Shown here: positions 1-13,329 of the stretch, one piece after another
How positions within the stretch are numbered: the stretch's first letter is position 1
How the letters are laid out: every line of letters begins with the position of its first letter
NCBI GenBank assembly: GCA_973895155.1
Contig: OZ316893.1
Location: 8,743,839 to 8,807,838 of the forward strand
Reading direction: 5' to 3'
Source of the DNA: Marsupella aquatica
Taxonomy: Eukaryota > Plantae > Marchantiophyta
Length of the DNA stretch: 64,000 nt
Notes under the pieces: generated by a model
Database searches by the model: none
Told to the model about the DNA's origin: nothing
Seen by the model: only the letters and a program-made list of their open reading frames with translations
Program-made: the position numbers and the translations under genes

Positions 1-109
1 TGAGGCACAGAATTTTCATAGTCATTTATTTTTTCCGCTAACCGAGATGTCACTATGGTACAGTAAAGTAGGAAAGGGTGGTCCTAGAGAGGACCGGAAG
101 CGGGGGGCA

Positions 110-580
110 AGCAACTACAGTAGTTGCCATCATTTGGGGGGTGTGTTTCTTCGTGGAAATCTCGTGACGATATCTGTTCGTAGAGTACTGCGCCGTATTC
201 TGCGCAATCTCGCGGTGCGGGATTGGGTCCACTACGATATGGTGAGGTGTGGAAAATGAGGCCACTCGCTCATTTAATGCGTGCCTGCCCAGAGCCATGA
301 TTCGGTGGCCATCAATCCAATACCACCATCCACTTTCTTTATCAAAACATGATACTGTAGTTTTTCGTATCTTGCTTTTCCTGCCTTGCCCGTGGGGCGC
401 TGACTTTGCAACTCATATAGTTGTTTTGACACTTTCCACTTTCTCTTGTTCCTTTTTTAAGTTTGCACTTGCTTTTTGTTTTTCCTTGTTTGGTGTTTTT
501 CCTTATTTGGTGTCTTCTTTGGATCTCTTTTTCTTTCCTTTCATTCATTGCACTTTGTTTTATCCTAATTTATAAATTTT
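110..580 (+). mobile_element. Possible decayed 3' end of a LINE-like element
   Basis: Fragmentary IIWGV..WKSRDDIC resembles the L1 C-terminal W-x-x-R-N-x-x-x-F motif and is followed by a long T-rich tract. It is heavily degenerate. Confidence 0.2.
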
Positions 581-3500
581 GGTGGAAGTTTTATTCGTTG
601 AGGGTTGATGAATGACAAACTCTCATGATAGCAAGGGGAGTCCTCCAAACGAAGCATGGGACATGCGGTTGAGTCAGACAATTTTGTTGGGGATTTATTT
701 TAAAGAAGGGAGGCACTGTGTCTCCCTGCAAGTCCATGAAATAAGGAAAGGTGACGACTATTTTTTTGTTGGGCTGCAGCCAGGGTAGAATTTTAATTTT
801 CTTTTTTGCACTTATATTACTATCCTGTCAAAAGAACTATGACTTGTCAAAATTATTAACCTGCCATGAAAAGTGATTTAACCAGGTTGTGACCGAGCTA
901 CTGTAGTGCTGTTACAAGAGATTCGCCATTTTTGGGCCACCATTACTTCAAGCAAACTGAAGTCCCCCTGGTTTGTATTGTCCCCCCTAACTAGTCAAAA
1001 TTATTGACCTGTCCTTAATGCTAATTTTAGGGACCATAGGTTTGTCGTCACACCCGGCTGAACACTATACATTGATTGCTTTTTTATAATACTTTGTATT
1101 GTACAGTATTTTTCATAATCCACAAGAGACAATACACAACAGGGAGCACTGTTTGGGGCCAATTTTCGGGCCCCTATCACAACAAGTGAACAAAGTTCAG
1201 CCAATTATCACCTTGCCCCCTTGGTTTGCATATGGGTTGGTGTACTAGACTAGACTAAGCCACAATGGCACACAATTCATCTGGGGACAGCTGGAGCTCA
1301 TGACTTGTCCGAGCTACTCCTTTTTGAGCAAAAGTGTGGAAATTTGAGGGGGACAAAAACACAATATTTTTTGGATGTGCCCTAGGTTGAAAGTATCTTT
1401 GAAGAGGGTTAGCACTAGAAATTAGCAAGTTTCCAGGTGTTTCCGCACCAATAGGGTGCACTATCGAGTTGGCTTAGTCTCTTTTTCACAAAATTCCCCG
1501 AATACCATGCTAGCTCCTCGCTGGAGGTAAGATGATGGCGAGTTTATGCCTATTAAATTATTATTTTTTGAAATGGTTTTGTAGAGCCGTCATTATGAGT
1601 AGTAAATTAGTAAATGTGGTTACAGAAGTATCACGTAGCTCATACTTCGTAGACTTGAAAGGGTCATTCCTACTGTACCCATTGATTCTATACTTAAAAC
1701 ATCTAACTAGCCAAGCGGTAAGGAATAAGCGACACTTGTAGAGATAAGCACTGACAGAATTTTTTGCGTGAACTTGATGAAAAATTGTTGTACACTTGTA
1801 CAGTTGTCCGAGTATTCTATATTTGAAGGAAAAACAAAAAGACATTGATAGCCTGCCTGACTGAGCCTACAATGTGAAGTCAACGGTTGGATCCAGCAAA
1901 GGCAATCAAGGAAACTAAAAAGGCACTTGAGGAGGGTAAATTGTAAGGTTTTTCATTTTTTAGTCATGGGGCCAAGTGTCACGTTGTGTGAAGGAGAAGA
2001 TTATTCTTTAATAATTTTCGTATATCAATTTAGGATGGTTCGATCTCCCTAGATTTGTATAAGAGTTGGATTCTGGCTAGGTGGGAAAGGGGCTTATCAA
2101 CAAAGTAAACTTGACTAACTTTTGTCAAAAGTGGCCAAGACGGTTTAGGGAGGTGGAATTTGGCCAATTTTTGGCACTAAGAAAAACGCTAAGGTACTAT
2201 AGGTCTGGGTCGGCAAGGGCTCACACAAGAGCTACTGTAGGAAAGCCTCGCTTTTGATCTACAGTGATTTGAATTCTATCATCTTTTCTGATAAAGCTTG
2301 ATTGTCAAGGCAAAAAAGAGCAAGGGCAGCCTCATGCGGGGCCAAAGTGAGCAAAGCCCCAGAAATGGTCCAGGCAGAGGCTCCACTAATTTGGGGTCTA
2401 TTGGATTATTCCACAACTAGCCTGAGTGCCCGTTCCTTGAATGCAGAAGGCTGAAGTGAGCGGACATTCAAGCCTGCTGCACCATATACAATCCTTTGCT
2501 TGGGTCCGTGCTTTCACCTATTCAATTTGTTTGCATCCTTTCGCTTGCTTTGTTCCAGTTCACAGGTACCTCTTTTCCCCGCCACCGTCTCATAAGCTGT
2601 TTAAAGTTAGGTCTGTCAATTGTTGGATTGGAATGTGAAGTTGTGATGAAGTAGAGGATGAGGTTAACTCTGTATGGTCTTTTAGCTGATCTTTCATTGT
2701 AAGTTTCAATTGCGGTGGCAGCATCAAACAGAGCATACTATGATTTGTAATTATTTTCTTATTGTACACAGACATGTGGCAAATTGTACACTTGGATAAC
2801 TGGAACTTCAATTGAGGGGAAGGGTTTTGCTCTAAAGTGAGCTTTGCTTAGGCTATCCCAGTCAGTCAACTTTGAAGTCAGAGAAATAGTGACTGATAAT
2901 AGTCTACCAAAGCTTGTCTTTGAGGATGAAGCTTGTCTTTGAGGATGCAACATCACTTTAAACAGACTAATGTGGAATGGTGATTAACAGATTTTTCAAA
3001 AAGATTATGGTGAACAATACCAAAATTGAGACCCGGCATAGTGAAACAACCCAGAAGAGAACCTCACTGAAACAATATAACAATTATTGACAAAAGTGGT
3101 GACAGATACCTTTTGTTCAAATAGGATTTCTAAGCTTTAAGGGTCTCTGTGATATCTTGACGACCCTGTGAACTGTGGGCACACACAACTAAAAACCTCC
3201 ATGGGATTATGGACGTGTGCAGTTGATCAAGGATGACATACCTTTAATGTAAGGGAGCATAATAGCAACAAGAAAATAAATCCAAACCAAAACAAACAAA
3301 GACTATAAGACTGGATATGTTGTTGGAATCTCTCATAGTGAGTCAATTTTTTTGCAGAATCAAGACAGGTACGGGTCAAGAGGATGTGATTGTGCTATGG
3401 ACATATGAGTCATGGAAACTTAATGTGTCCATTGCATATTATAGTACAGCTACCCTATCTATGTAGCTACCTAGGAGATTAAGGGTGAAAGCCAATCTCA

Positions 3501-3601
3501 AGGGTGATTAAATGTTAATCCGCATTAATTATCCCGTAAGTGCTGCCCATTGCCCGCGTGTGCTAAATCTGATTACATGAATTGGGGAAAGACTCACTGA
3601 T

Positions 3602-3652
3602 AGCACAGCTCAGTGGGGAATGGGAGGTTGTGAGTTCAAAACTTGCTGTGCT
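3602..3652 (+). mobile_element. Degenerate tRNA-like / SINE-head sequence
   Basis: AGCACAG...CTGTGCT terminal stem, A-box-like GCTCAGTGG and T-arm/B-box-like GTGAGTTCAAAACTTGC. There is no anticodon arm, so it is not a functional tRNA. Confidence 0.25.
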
Positions 3653-6012
3653 CCTGAAAGTGGGGACCATTCATGCTTGTAAAATTAAATAAAACTGTGA
3701 AGGGAGCGGGTGGTAGGCACGAGCAAGTGTAACCGAGAGCAAGTGTAACAGAGGCTCCTCATGAGCAGTCAAGATTGCCCCTTCGTTGTGAATCCTAGGA
3801 TGGTACATGCATTTACTCTGCCATAATAGACTGCTTAAAAAATGAATTAATATGCTTTGGAGGGTGACTGAGACCATGGACAACTCTCGGGTAAATCCCA
3901 CCACTACCTCTCTCCCAACAATATTCCAAAGTGAGGTTCACCAAAGCACTTTGCACACAAAATACCACTTTTTGCACATAGCCCCATTTCAATGTGGGGT
4001 TCACCATAGAACACAATCTCGTTGATACTCTGAAACTTTTGTGTTTATTTTCCTACCCCCTACATGGAAACTGCAGTAGGTAGGGTGAGGGCAGCGTCTA
4101 AAAGTGAGCCTGATCCAAGCTATTGTAATAAATGAGTTTTTGGGAGCACCTGAATCCATTTTGGGGTCCAATGGGGTGAGAGCCCCACCAAGTAGCCTCA
4201 AATCTAACAGTATCAGCCGCAGCACATTCTGGGCTGGCTGGCCTTGCTTGATGGGAAGCCCATCCAACTGGCAGCTGGCTAGATCTTGATGGAAGCTTCA
4301 CAAATCCTGGAAGAGTCCGTTCTCCCTCTCTCTTTCTCTATTTTTTGGAACTAGTCTTTATTTTAGCAAAAGTACTCCCTGGGTTTGTTTTGCAAATTTG
4401 AAGGGCCCATGGATCACATTTCCCAAAATTTGAGTTTAATTACAATAACTTGATATATACAATTTAAAAACATAAATTAGTTCGGGATATGCTAGAGTAG
4501 TAGGGAGGTTACACTTCCATTTAAGCGATAGTGAATTTTTGGTTATTTGGGTTGAATATTTCATCATAGGGGTTAAATTTCAGAAGATTGATTTTCATTG
4601 TGTTTACATGAAATAGTTGGGTCTACTCCTTCTCTAGTTGCCTTGCAGGTAACTAAGAATTATTATGAGATTCATAATCTTCCAGTTATATACCCCACAC
4701 TCTCATGGACCACAAAAATGTGATGCATGGGAGCACCATGTTGGACATGGTGCTCCATTCTAGCTTCACATTCTGGTGTTGCATAAATCATTTCAGTTTT
4801 AGTAAAAGCAGAGGAGAAGCTTCCCCAAGAGGTGATTCAAATCTTGAGTGGGCAATCTTCGCCAAGAATTTACCGCCAAATAAAAAGTAAGGGGAAAATC
4901 GCGAACGTTGCGAAGGGGCAGTAAGATAGCGAAAATGGGGCGCTGACTTCCGAGTCCGTCAACGGGAAATGATATGCAAAAAGGCATTATGGAACGCAGT
5001 ATCTGGAGAACGAAACGGAACGGATTCGTTCGGGGAAGGTCTGTTCTCCACAGCGCGATGGCAGCGGAGCAGTTGTCTGTCGTCCATTGGTCTCGTCCGA
5101 GTCACCGACTCTTGTCCTCCGGCGACGGAAAAGAACAAAGCAAATCACAGCTGAGCAGCGAGCATCAGCGAAAGCACTCGAAGCAGCTTCCCCGTTCAAG
5201 CGTCTCGTTGTGATCTAATCCTCTCTGGAGTCTTTGGCGAACTCAAAACGACCGAATCGCCTGTTCAGGTCAGGTGCTGGGCAAATGAACAGCAGCGAGC
5301 TCTACAGTACTACTTCTCGTGTGTTTCCGGCTGCCACTCCCGTGGTTTGTGCTGCCGCCATATCGCCCCGCTTGCTTGCTTTGCTTGCTTGCTTGCTGCT
5401 CTATAGCTGATTTAGAATAGAACGATCGATCCTACTGCGCGTCCTTCCCTTGCACCGCCAAGCTTTGTCGCGCTGCCGTCGATCGAGGATTCGAGGTACA
5501 GTTCCTCCGCTTTGTTCGCCCGGCTTGGCCCGGCGTTGCGAGCGAGAGAGCTTTTCAGGAGAAGTAATTAATAGCTTGTGACATGACACTCTTGGGCGCT
5601 GCTGAGGGGGTGCGTTGACAAGTTGCCTTGTCGAGTGTCTTGCCACGCGAACTGTGTGCCAGCGAGCGTGGGCACCACCGGCGTGAAGGTCTGAGCGCTC
5701 GTCTGTTTGATGCCTGCATGCAAAGCTTAATTGCTTTCTGATCGGGCTGATCGACCCCTCTTTCTAGACAATTGACGGGGCACACTTCTCCAGCTTCTTT
5801 GTTCTGGGAGTCAGAGCGAGAGCCGGGCGACGGCTGCAGCGAGATTCATTGATCGAGTGATTAACGTAGATACGAAGTAGCACGAGTGAACATTCGATTG
5901 GCTGACACAGGCAGGAGTCGAAATACTGGTTGCCACCGAGGAAAGGAAGGGCCCGTCTCTTGTCGTTCTAAAGCGAACCCAACTGACCTAACTGAACTGC
6001 AGCGCGATACAT

Positions 6013-8285
6013 ATGGCGAAGCTTGTGTTGGTACTTCTGGTTTACTTCCTCGCCTGTGCGTTGACGTCCTGCTCTGCTTATCGACCGCTGCCTTCTGAAA
6101 CAGAAACTGCGTTGTCAGCAGGTATCCATCGTTTTCCATGGACGATTAGTATCCCGTCTGTGATCTGTCCACTCATGCATGTTGTGCGGGCGTGTAGTAG
6201 TACCGCGGTTTCTCTCCATCTCACTCTCCTTCTCAGCTTCTCACGTAAGTACTGCTGGCCTGCATGAACTGATGGCTCTGCACTAGCACTTTACTGTTGA
6301 TCCACTAGTAGCTACGTCCCCATGCTTGATTCGTTTTGCAATTTGCGAAGCGAGTTGAATGCCGTGGAACTTGCCTCCGTAGCCGAAGCTGTCAGTTAGT
6401 TAGTGTGTATCCTGAAGGAAGACAGTGACCAGTGCCTTACTGGTCACTGTACTCTACACTGGTCATCACCTCCAGACTCGTCACTATGGTTTGGGAGATC
6501 ATGTAGTTTTTGCAATGTTGGGTGTAATGGACCTTCTTTACTGCAACGGACGATACATGTTAAATTCTGTGGTATATTTAATTTGTATGACGAGAGCGCG
6601 AAAGCCTTCGAATCTGACTTTGGCTCCTGGATGTTATTGTTCAGCTAAGACCGATTCGACCACTGCTGACTCCAAGAGTAGTTTCTCGTCCGCATCAGCT
6701 ACCCCCGCAACGGAGTCTGGTAATGTTGAGCAAGAAGAAGCGCTGACTGAGTCCGAGACAGGAGAAAATTTTACGGTAAGTCATTCCGATTCACTTGTTT
6801 TTCATGTTTAACTTTCGCGAATGCCTCTCTATAACGTTTATGGACGGTATGATCGAAGTAGTCCGAGAGGTGTTTTCGGTATTCTCGTATGTATTTAGTC
6901 TGATTGAAGTTCGTCTGACTAAAGAGTTTGGAAAAGTGTTTGCGTTCCTTCTCGGATCAGCGCAAGGGTTATGGAGCTCTCTCTGTGCTCTTCATAAGCG
7001 CGCTGGGACTTCGACCTGCTGTAATCGTCTTATGAACGAGCATTCGCTCATCTAGTTTTGAGTGCGAGAGCGAACTTCGGTTCGCAAAGAGAAGATCTTG
7101 TGTGTACCGTCATCTCAAGGGATTGAGAACATCCTACGCCAATAGTGACAGTGGACTTCTTCAAAAGAGTAAAGTTGTTCACAGGGCGTTGAACAGCGGT
7201 TCCCGTTCTTGAGGCAGTGCGTGGGAGCGGTCGAGAGTACTCAGTTGAAAGCGTCCCTAGCTATATTTGGCTATCTGAGATGGGATGCCTTCGGCATTTT
7301 CTGAACGAGAAACGTCGATGTTTGCTCACTAGCTGCGTGACGATGAGTTGTTCCATGTGCGTGCAGTTGGATTAGGACCCGCGTACAGCCTTTGGGTCCC
7401 GTTCTGAAGGCGCTTCATCCGATAGCACCCTGAATTAGTGAGGACTGTAAGTCTGAGGCTATTCTTGACCCCTGAGGTTTCTCCATAGAGCCTCAAACTT
7501 CATCTCCAGGAATGGGGCCAATCCATCTCATCCCAACTGCACTTTGAGGTTTGGAAGTGCGACCTCAAGTTGAGCCGCTAGAAGCCAATAACACCCTCGT
7601 ATGGACGTTCGTCCATAGAAACCATAAGAGAAACCTTTAGTCATATACTCAGATCAATGGGAACCGGTTTAGCATGAAGTGACGACTTCAGAGTTATTTT
7701 CCAGCCCTACGGCCGATGTGTATTCTTTCCATTGTGCGGTTCCCTTCGCGGCCTTTTGTTCATTGTGCTCTACATGCCGAGCGTACACAAGACCTGCGCT
7801 ATCGCTGTCCCCCACTCTGTCTGGACTAACGAAACAAGGGCCTATTTAACGTTTACTAGTCGAGGATAAGCACTTGCGGCCGTAAATTGCTGAACCTGCG
7901 TCAGAGTGACCTAACTCAAGTATTTGCAAGGGCAGACCTAACTCAAGTGTTTGCAAGGGCATATATCATGTAGAAACGTTGATTCGAATCCCAAACTGAC
8001 CAAGTGAAGAAGATCGAATGTTTAGAAAATCTGAGAGGAGAAATATTCGAACGAGTCTGCTTCACCTTGTAGTCGAAATTACTTCTATGAAGAGATGCTG
8101 ATCGGGTGGTATATGTTTTTGCGCCGCTGCAGGGTGTTGCACCTCCGTGTATGGAGGAGGATCTTGAGGATTCCAGCGTTGGTGGGGGAGAGCCTTGCCA
8201 TCGCAGGCTAGGAGATGGCACATCGTTTGCCATGCTAGACTACGGAGGCACGGGAGGGTCAAATCCTAACCCCAAGTATCCATGA
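6013..8285 (+). CDS. Secreted tyrosine-sulfated peptide precursor (PSK-like scaffold, PSY-like C-terminal DY peptide), 130 aa, 3 coding exons
   Basis: Exons 6013-6121, 6645-6775 and 8133-8285 are joined by phase-compatible GT-AG introns. Protein: signal peptide MAKLVLVLLVYFLACALTSCSA, then YRPL, an acidic Ser/Thr/Glu-rich linker, and ...PPCMEEDLEDSSVGGGEPCHRRLGDGTSFAMLDYGGTGGSNPNPKYP*. An acceptor AG at 6001-6002, 10 nt before the ATG, implies a 5'UTR intron. Confidence 0.85.
7908..7961. repeat. 27-bp tandem duplication (intronic)
   Basis: GACCTAACTCAAGT(A/G)TTTGCAAGGGCA x2. Confidence 0.85.
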
Positions 8286-8379
8286 CACCGTAAGTGATTG
8301 CATCTATCATGGCGGACGGAGGGAACAGGAAAAGACCCTAACAAATTCGGCTGTGTCGGGAATGTCACGTTGTTTGTTA

Positions 8380-8552
8380 GGTAAGAGCAGCCAACAAATT
8401 TGGCGACTCGGTCGTAGCAATAGCACATCCTTCGCAAAGTAACATCCTTCGCCAGGTAACAGCAGCCAACAATTTTGGCTGGTCAGTCGTTGAAACATCA
8501 CATCCTTCGCAGGGTAACATCCTTCGCTAGGTAACATTCTTCGCTTGGTAAC
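8380..8552. repeat. Short degenerate repeats in the presumed 3'UTR
   Basis: Repeated ~18-bp GGTAACATCCTTCGC-like units and AGCAGCCAACAA x2. Confidence 0.6.
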
Positions 8553-10789
8553 TAGCAAACATGCACATTATTGTGACCCAGAGATCTCTTGAGATATGTT
8601 TGCTATATCAAGCCCCATATAATGTAGTTAGACGGTACCGTGACTCTTTTTGTATTATAGGGGATCTGATCGGGGCATGGATGGACGCGATGGTACGTAT
8701 CCTCCATCCCTCGATGCCTCAAGACTACATGGGCCATGGAAGGCCATTGAAGTAAAAAGTGGTTTGGTCTTATTCTCGAGTTTTTTGTCCGTGCTTCAAA
8801 AGCTCCAGAATAAACTAGGCTTGTAAAGGTACTACTGAAGTCAACGTGTTAAAGTTTTTCCTTTCGTACTCTGGTGAAATAATGAGTACAACAATGTGCT
8901 TTCTCACGTTCATGCAATATAACTTTCGCAATGTGCTTTCTCACGTTCTCGCAATATTCTTTTCTCAAACATGTTCCTGAGCGAGCTTTGAAATCTTGGG
9001 CACTGCGCTGCACAGCACAGAGCAGGACGACAAATCTTGTGAGGATGGTCAACTCGAAAGGAACTTCATCCTGACATGCTCGATTCTCGAAGCTTGATTT
9101 GTCGAAGCTCGTAGCCATAATCGCGTACATCTCAGTCGTTTTTCAACTGTAGCTGCAGCACGAGGGATTTGTGCTCGGTGTTGCCGAGGGACGGTCGGTG
9201 GTACGCGCCGTACTTTCTGACCAGTCCAGTGTACTTTGAACGAGCATCCGATCTCAGATCGTGGATGTCCTGAGAGTGTCACGGAATAAAGTCTATCCAC
9301 ACATGAAAACCTCTTTGGAGAGAACTGTCACATAAGACGGCGGAGCTCATCAGGAGCTTCCGAACAAATCCTTATCGAGGAGGGAGATTAATCACTGTGC
9401 AGCGTTGGTGATTTATGCGACATAATCGCCGTGAACTGTTACAAAGGGTTGAAGTCTTGAACGACTGTGAGAAGTTAGTGCAATCACTACGTCAAGTCCT
9501 TGTTTTCCTAGGCAGTCCAGATCGATAACCCAGAAAGATTTCTTGATTGAAGCCGTTTCAAAGGTGGATCGATGAACGGATAGTTCAAGGTACTTGCATT
9601 TCCACGAAGAGAGTGCGATCGCACGAGATAACTGCAAGTGGACACTCGAAGTAAATCATCGCTTGATCCTCAAACTAGTGATTAAAGATGCCAAAGGAAT
9701 GCGCAAAGGATGTCGTTCAATTATTATGACTTAACTTTCGTCCCATTTCATCGTTTACGAACGTGATCAAAGTGTCCACACCAGAAAACTTCAACTACCG
9801 TAAATCGATTTTACCAGAAACCAGTAAGTGTTGATACCAAGGGCCGCTTGACCTTATTGCGCTACTGTATCTGAACTCCAAAAAGTGTTCTCGCTGCATG
9901 GTGAGTTCCGCTCCCACGCAGGCAAAGATCGAAGTTAGCCAACCAGCCGTGTATACAACGTTGAACTAACTGTACAGATAGTGCCATAGTAAGTGTCTCA
10001 AAATTCATTTGGCTTACGATGCCGGGTAATCTTTCTCACAGTTGCTCTATTTTCTTGTCTCACATGAACGTAATACATCACGACGTCAAGGCCCGTAGCA
10101 AGCTCTGGGTCTGCCGAGCCCCATCGATTGGCCCGATGGCGCTCCATGCTCGATGCAACATGACATGATAGGAAAGTTGAGCAAAGTTCGCCCCTTGCCT
10201 GAGCAACGAGAATCATTCGAAGATCAATACAGTCCAGCATCGAGCCGTCGAGGTGATAGTCTTGATCAGAACTGCGTCGGACTTAACATGATCTGGGTAA
10301 ATTATGTGACAGAGAGCAGAAAGCAAGCAAACTGTCCACGAAAAATGAATCCAAAGCCCAAGAAGAACCGTTGCAGTGATAGATTTGGGTCCACCTCAGT
10401 TGGGCCACTGTGGGAGGTGGTTCACCACCGACTTCCAAGTACATGCGATCCGGTGGGAGATCGGTTTACTCCTTCAGTCCATCCCTCCATTCTTCCTCTC
10501 CTCGTTGTTCGCGGCACCGGCTTGAGCTTCAGAGCACTAGCAGCCCCAGGCTTGCTCTCCTGTGGTCTGTTTAGCTCGCAGACCAATGTCACCCACACAA
10601 TTTAATCAGGCCTGAGTATTCTTCTTCTTCTTCAATTACCAATGTCACCGACACAATTTAATCAGGCCTAAGTAATCTGATTGTTCAATTATAATGCTAA
10701 GATTGTCTGCTAAAGATTAAAAATAGCTCGCAGACGATTGTCACGAATTTCATCAGCCGTGTGTATTCTACTTCGATTGATGTAACACT

Positions 10790-11150
10790 GCCAAAAATAA
10801 AAAGAGCCAAACTCTGAGACAAAACCCAGAAGGCAAGAGACCCCAATAAACGGAAGAAAAATAAACGGAAGAAAACAAGGGGGGAAATCCTTAAGAAGTC
10901 ACAAGAGCCAAGGGCCCAAGAATCATTTAAAGCCCTCCTCCTAGGAAAGTGTAAAGCCTGGTAAGGCTCTGAAGTAAACAGCATAGGAGGGTAGGCTCAC
11001 AAGAATGAATTTGTGGAAAGGCCCTAAAACCAACAGCCTTGTCTGGACTAACAGTAGTAGTGAATACTTGAGCCCTCTGAAGAGCAACAAACACCTGTTC
11101 TTTAAAGGACACACTGAGAACCCCAAACTCCAGGCACACCTGCAAAAGTA
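10790..11150 (-). mobile_element. 5'-truncated relic of a CRE-family non-LTR element
   Basis: The minus-strand peptide LSVSFKEQVFVALQRAQ aligns with LSILTTHFRQRISVTLQRAQ at the C-terminus of the element at 48.4-52.1 kb. A T-rich 3'UTR-like tract follows. Confidence 0.55.
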
Positions 11151-12904
11151 ATACACATCTTCCTTGTCATCACAAGATTACATTTCTTGATATAATTATG
11201 TTAGTTCAAGAAGGGCAGAGTAAGACTTCTACTTGTGTTTTAGTCTCGATTATTATCCTAGGTTTTAGAATGTTCTCAACTGTCGGTGCCTTGGGGATTT
11301 TCCCAGTCCACTTGGCACATTCCTCTATGTATCCACAGAGAAGCGGAATCTAGGGGTGTCTAGAGCCCCCCACACGCTTGGGAATGAAGCTCCTCTTGCT
11401 GGAGCTCTTGTGCAAACTTCATTTTTGTATAGAGAAATCATCTGACCTGCTCAGAATGAACATTTTTTAATTGCTGTTATGTAAATTTTGATTTGTTGAG
11501 TTTATAGATGTTGATGCTCGGATGGACCACCCAAATCCATCCTGATGTCAGAATTACAGAAGTTGATGCTTGGATGGACCACCACTTTTATTGACCAAAG
11601 ACACCAAAAAATTGTGAGTATATAAAAGATACAGATTGGTTCATACAACTTATAACTTGAACCATCCATCCAAGCATTTCATCAAACATTGTGGCCTGAT
11701 CCATGCATGTAAGCTTGAGTTTCTAGACTAATACCCTATGGAGAAAAACTCATATCCTCGGTTGTGGCACCCATGGTCATAACTCGTTTTTAACGTGGAA
11801 AGAAGTGAAGCTGATCGTGCAGGGGCTCAAAAAGCACTTTGCAATTGATAGGGCCTTTCTCCTTAATAGCTACAAGAATCTACTTGTGGTTTTTCCAAAG
11901 TTGTTGCACGTATTTTAATGGTTTGACTTATGGGGCTGCTTTCGATCTTGTGGGGACATTCCCTTGCCCCCACCTTACCCCACCCCACCCCCCCCCCCCC
12001 CACTCCACCCCCCCCCCAAGCCTCTTTCTTTCCCAAGTGGGTCCTCCTCCCTTGAACAACACGAAAGATAATGTACAGTGATATTTGACTAAGTTACAAA
12101 TCAGATTTTTTGGATTTTTGCAATATCCATGCATATAAATATTCACATCACATCATTGATTGTGTATTTTTTTTTTTTAAATTCCCACGCTAGTTAGTGA
12201 GGGCTCTAGAGTAACATTAAACCACATTTGATCTATGTTTTGAGTAAGCAATTGGCACCTGTGATTAACAGATGATATGACAACCGGGACGACAACAAGG
12301 GCTACCCAAACAATGACCATTCTGAGTGGATTCCCTGCGCACAGAATAAAAGATATGGGTAACCAGTCGTTTAAATAATGTGGGCAGCTGGCAGTGGTTC
12401 AAATACTTTGGTATGTACACAGGGAGGACATATCAGTCAGCCTGAAGAATCCACTGGTCATCAGTTGTTTCCCACAATGTCTGGCTTGGGGCCGAATCAG
12501 GTTAGGGCAAAGGGTGCAATTGCACCTCCAAGACCTCCCGCAAGACCTGAACCTTGGGCCATCTAATCAACACGTCCCCCTTTCCTAAATCTCTATCTTG
12601 CAGTGTTCCTTGACTTAATAAACAAAGAGAGATATGTGGATCCACCTATTCAGAGTACAACTTCTATGGGCATAAATCCAATGTCAAATTCAACCTCAGA
12701 TGTACGTGGGATTCTGGAAGGATAAAGACGGATTGGGGTTTTGCAATCTGATTTGCTAGACAAAGTCTAAGTTCGAAGGTCTTGAGAATTATAAATCAGA
12801 TTAGCTCTTAAGTAGGAATCTAAAGTGCACATGTGCAATGTCAATAACAAACGCACAACTATTGTTGATAAAATTATTGTTGATAAAAGAGATATATGAT
12901 TATT

Positions 12905-13150
12905 ATTGTTGATAAAAAAGATACATGATTCACCTCACTAGGAGCTATATCTATGGGAACACACTGACAAGAGAACTTTACTATTTTACTATTTAAACTC
13001 CAAATCAGTTGACCATATGGAGTTTCCACAGACTAAGCTCTCCCCATCTCTTAGCCTACTCCCGAGCCTACTCTTTGACAATGAACCTAGGTTTCACTCA
13101 CAAGTTGAGTCCTGCTAGTGAATACATTAGTGGCACATCTAACCTTAACC
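12905..13150 (-). mobile_element. Decayed LTR related to the solo LTR at 36183-36525
   Basis: Reverse-complement similarity (AGATACATGATTCACCTC, ACAAGAGAACTTTACT, TCCACAG, AAGCTCTCC, ACAATGAACCTAGGTTTCACT) to 36300-36460. Confidence 0.55.
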
Positions 13151-13329
13151 AAGTAGCTTACTATGGCTAGACTAAATGCAGTTGATTTACATAGTAAATG
13201 ATCTAGACCCAAGAAAAAAAATTTTAATGTTCACCACACATCTCATTTCATATTCAAAGTCAAGATTTGGCTGAGGGTCTTGAGAGGAAAGAGGCCATTT
13301 TGTACTTAGGCACTTATGAATCCAAAATG

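Noticed and set aside
2440-2960. Possible decayed Gypsy gag fragment on the minus strand (CIWC-like motif)
   Set aside because: Too degenerate, with no continuous frame or second diagnostic motif.
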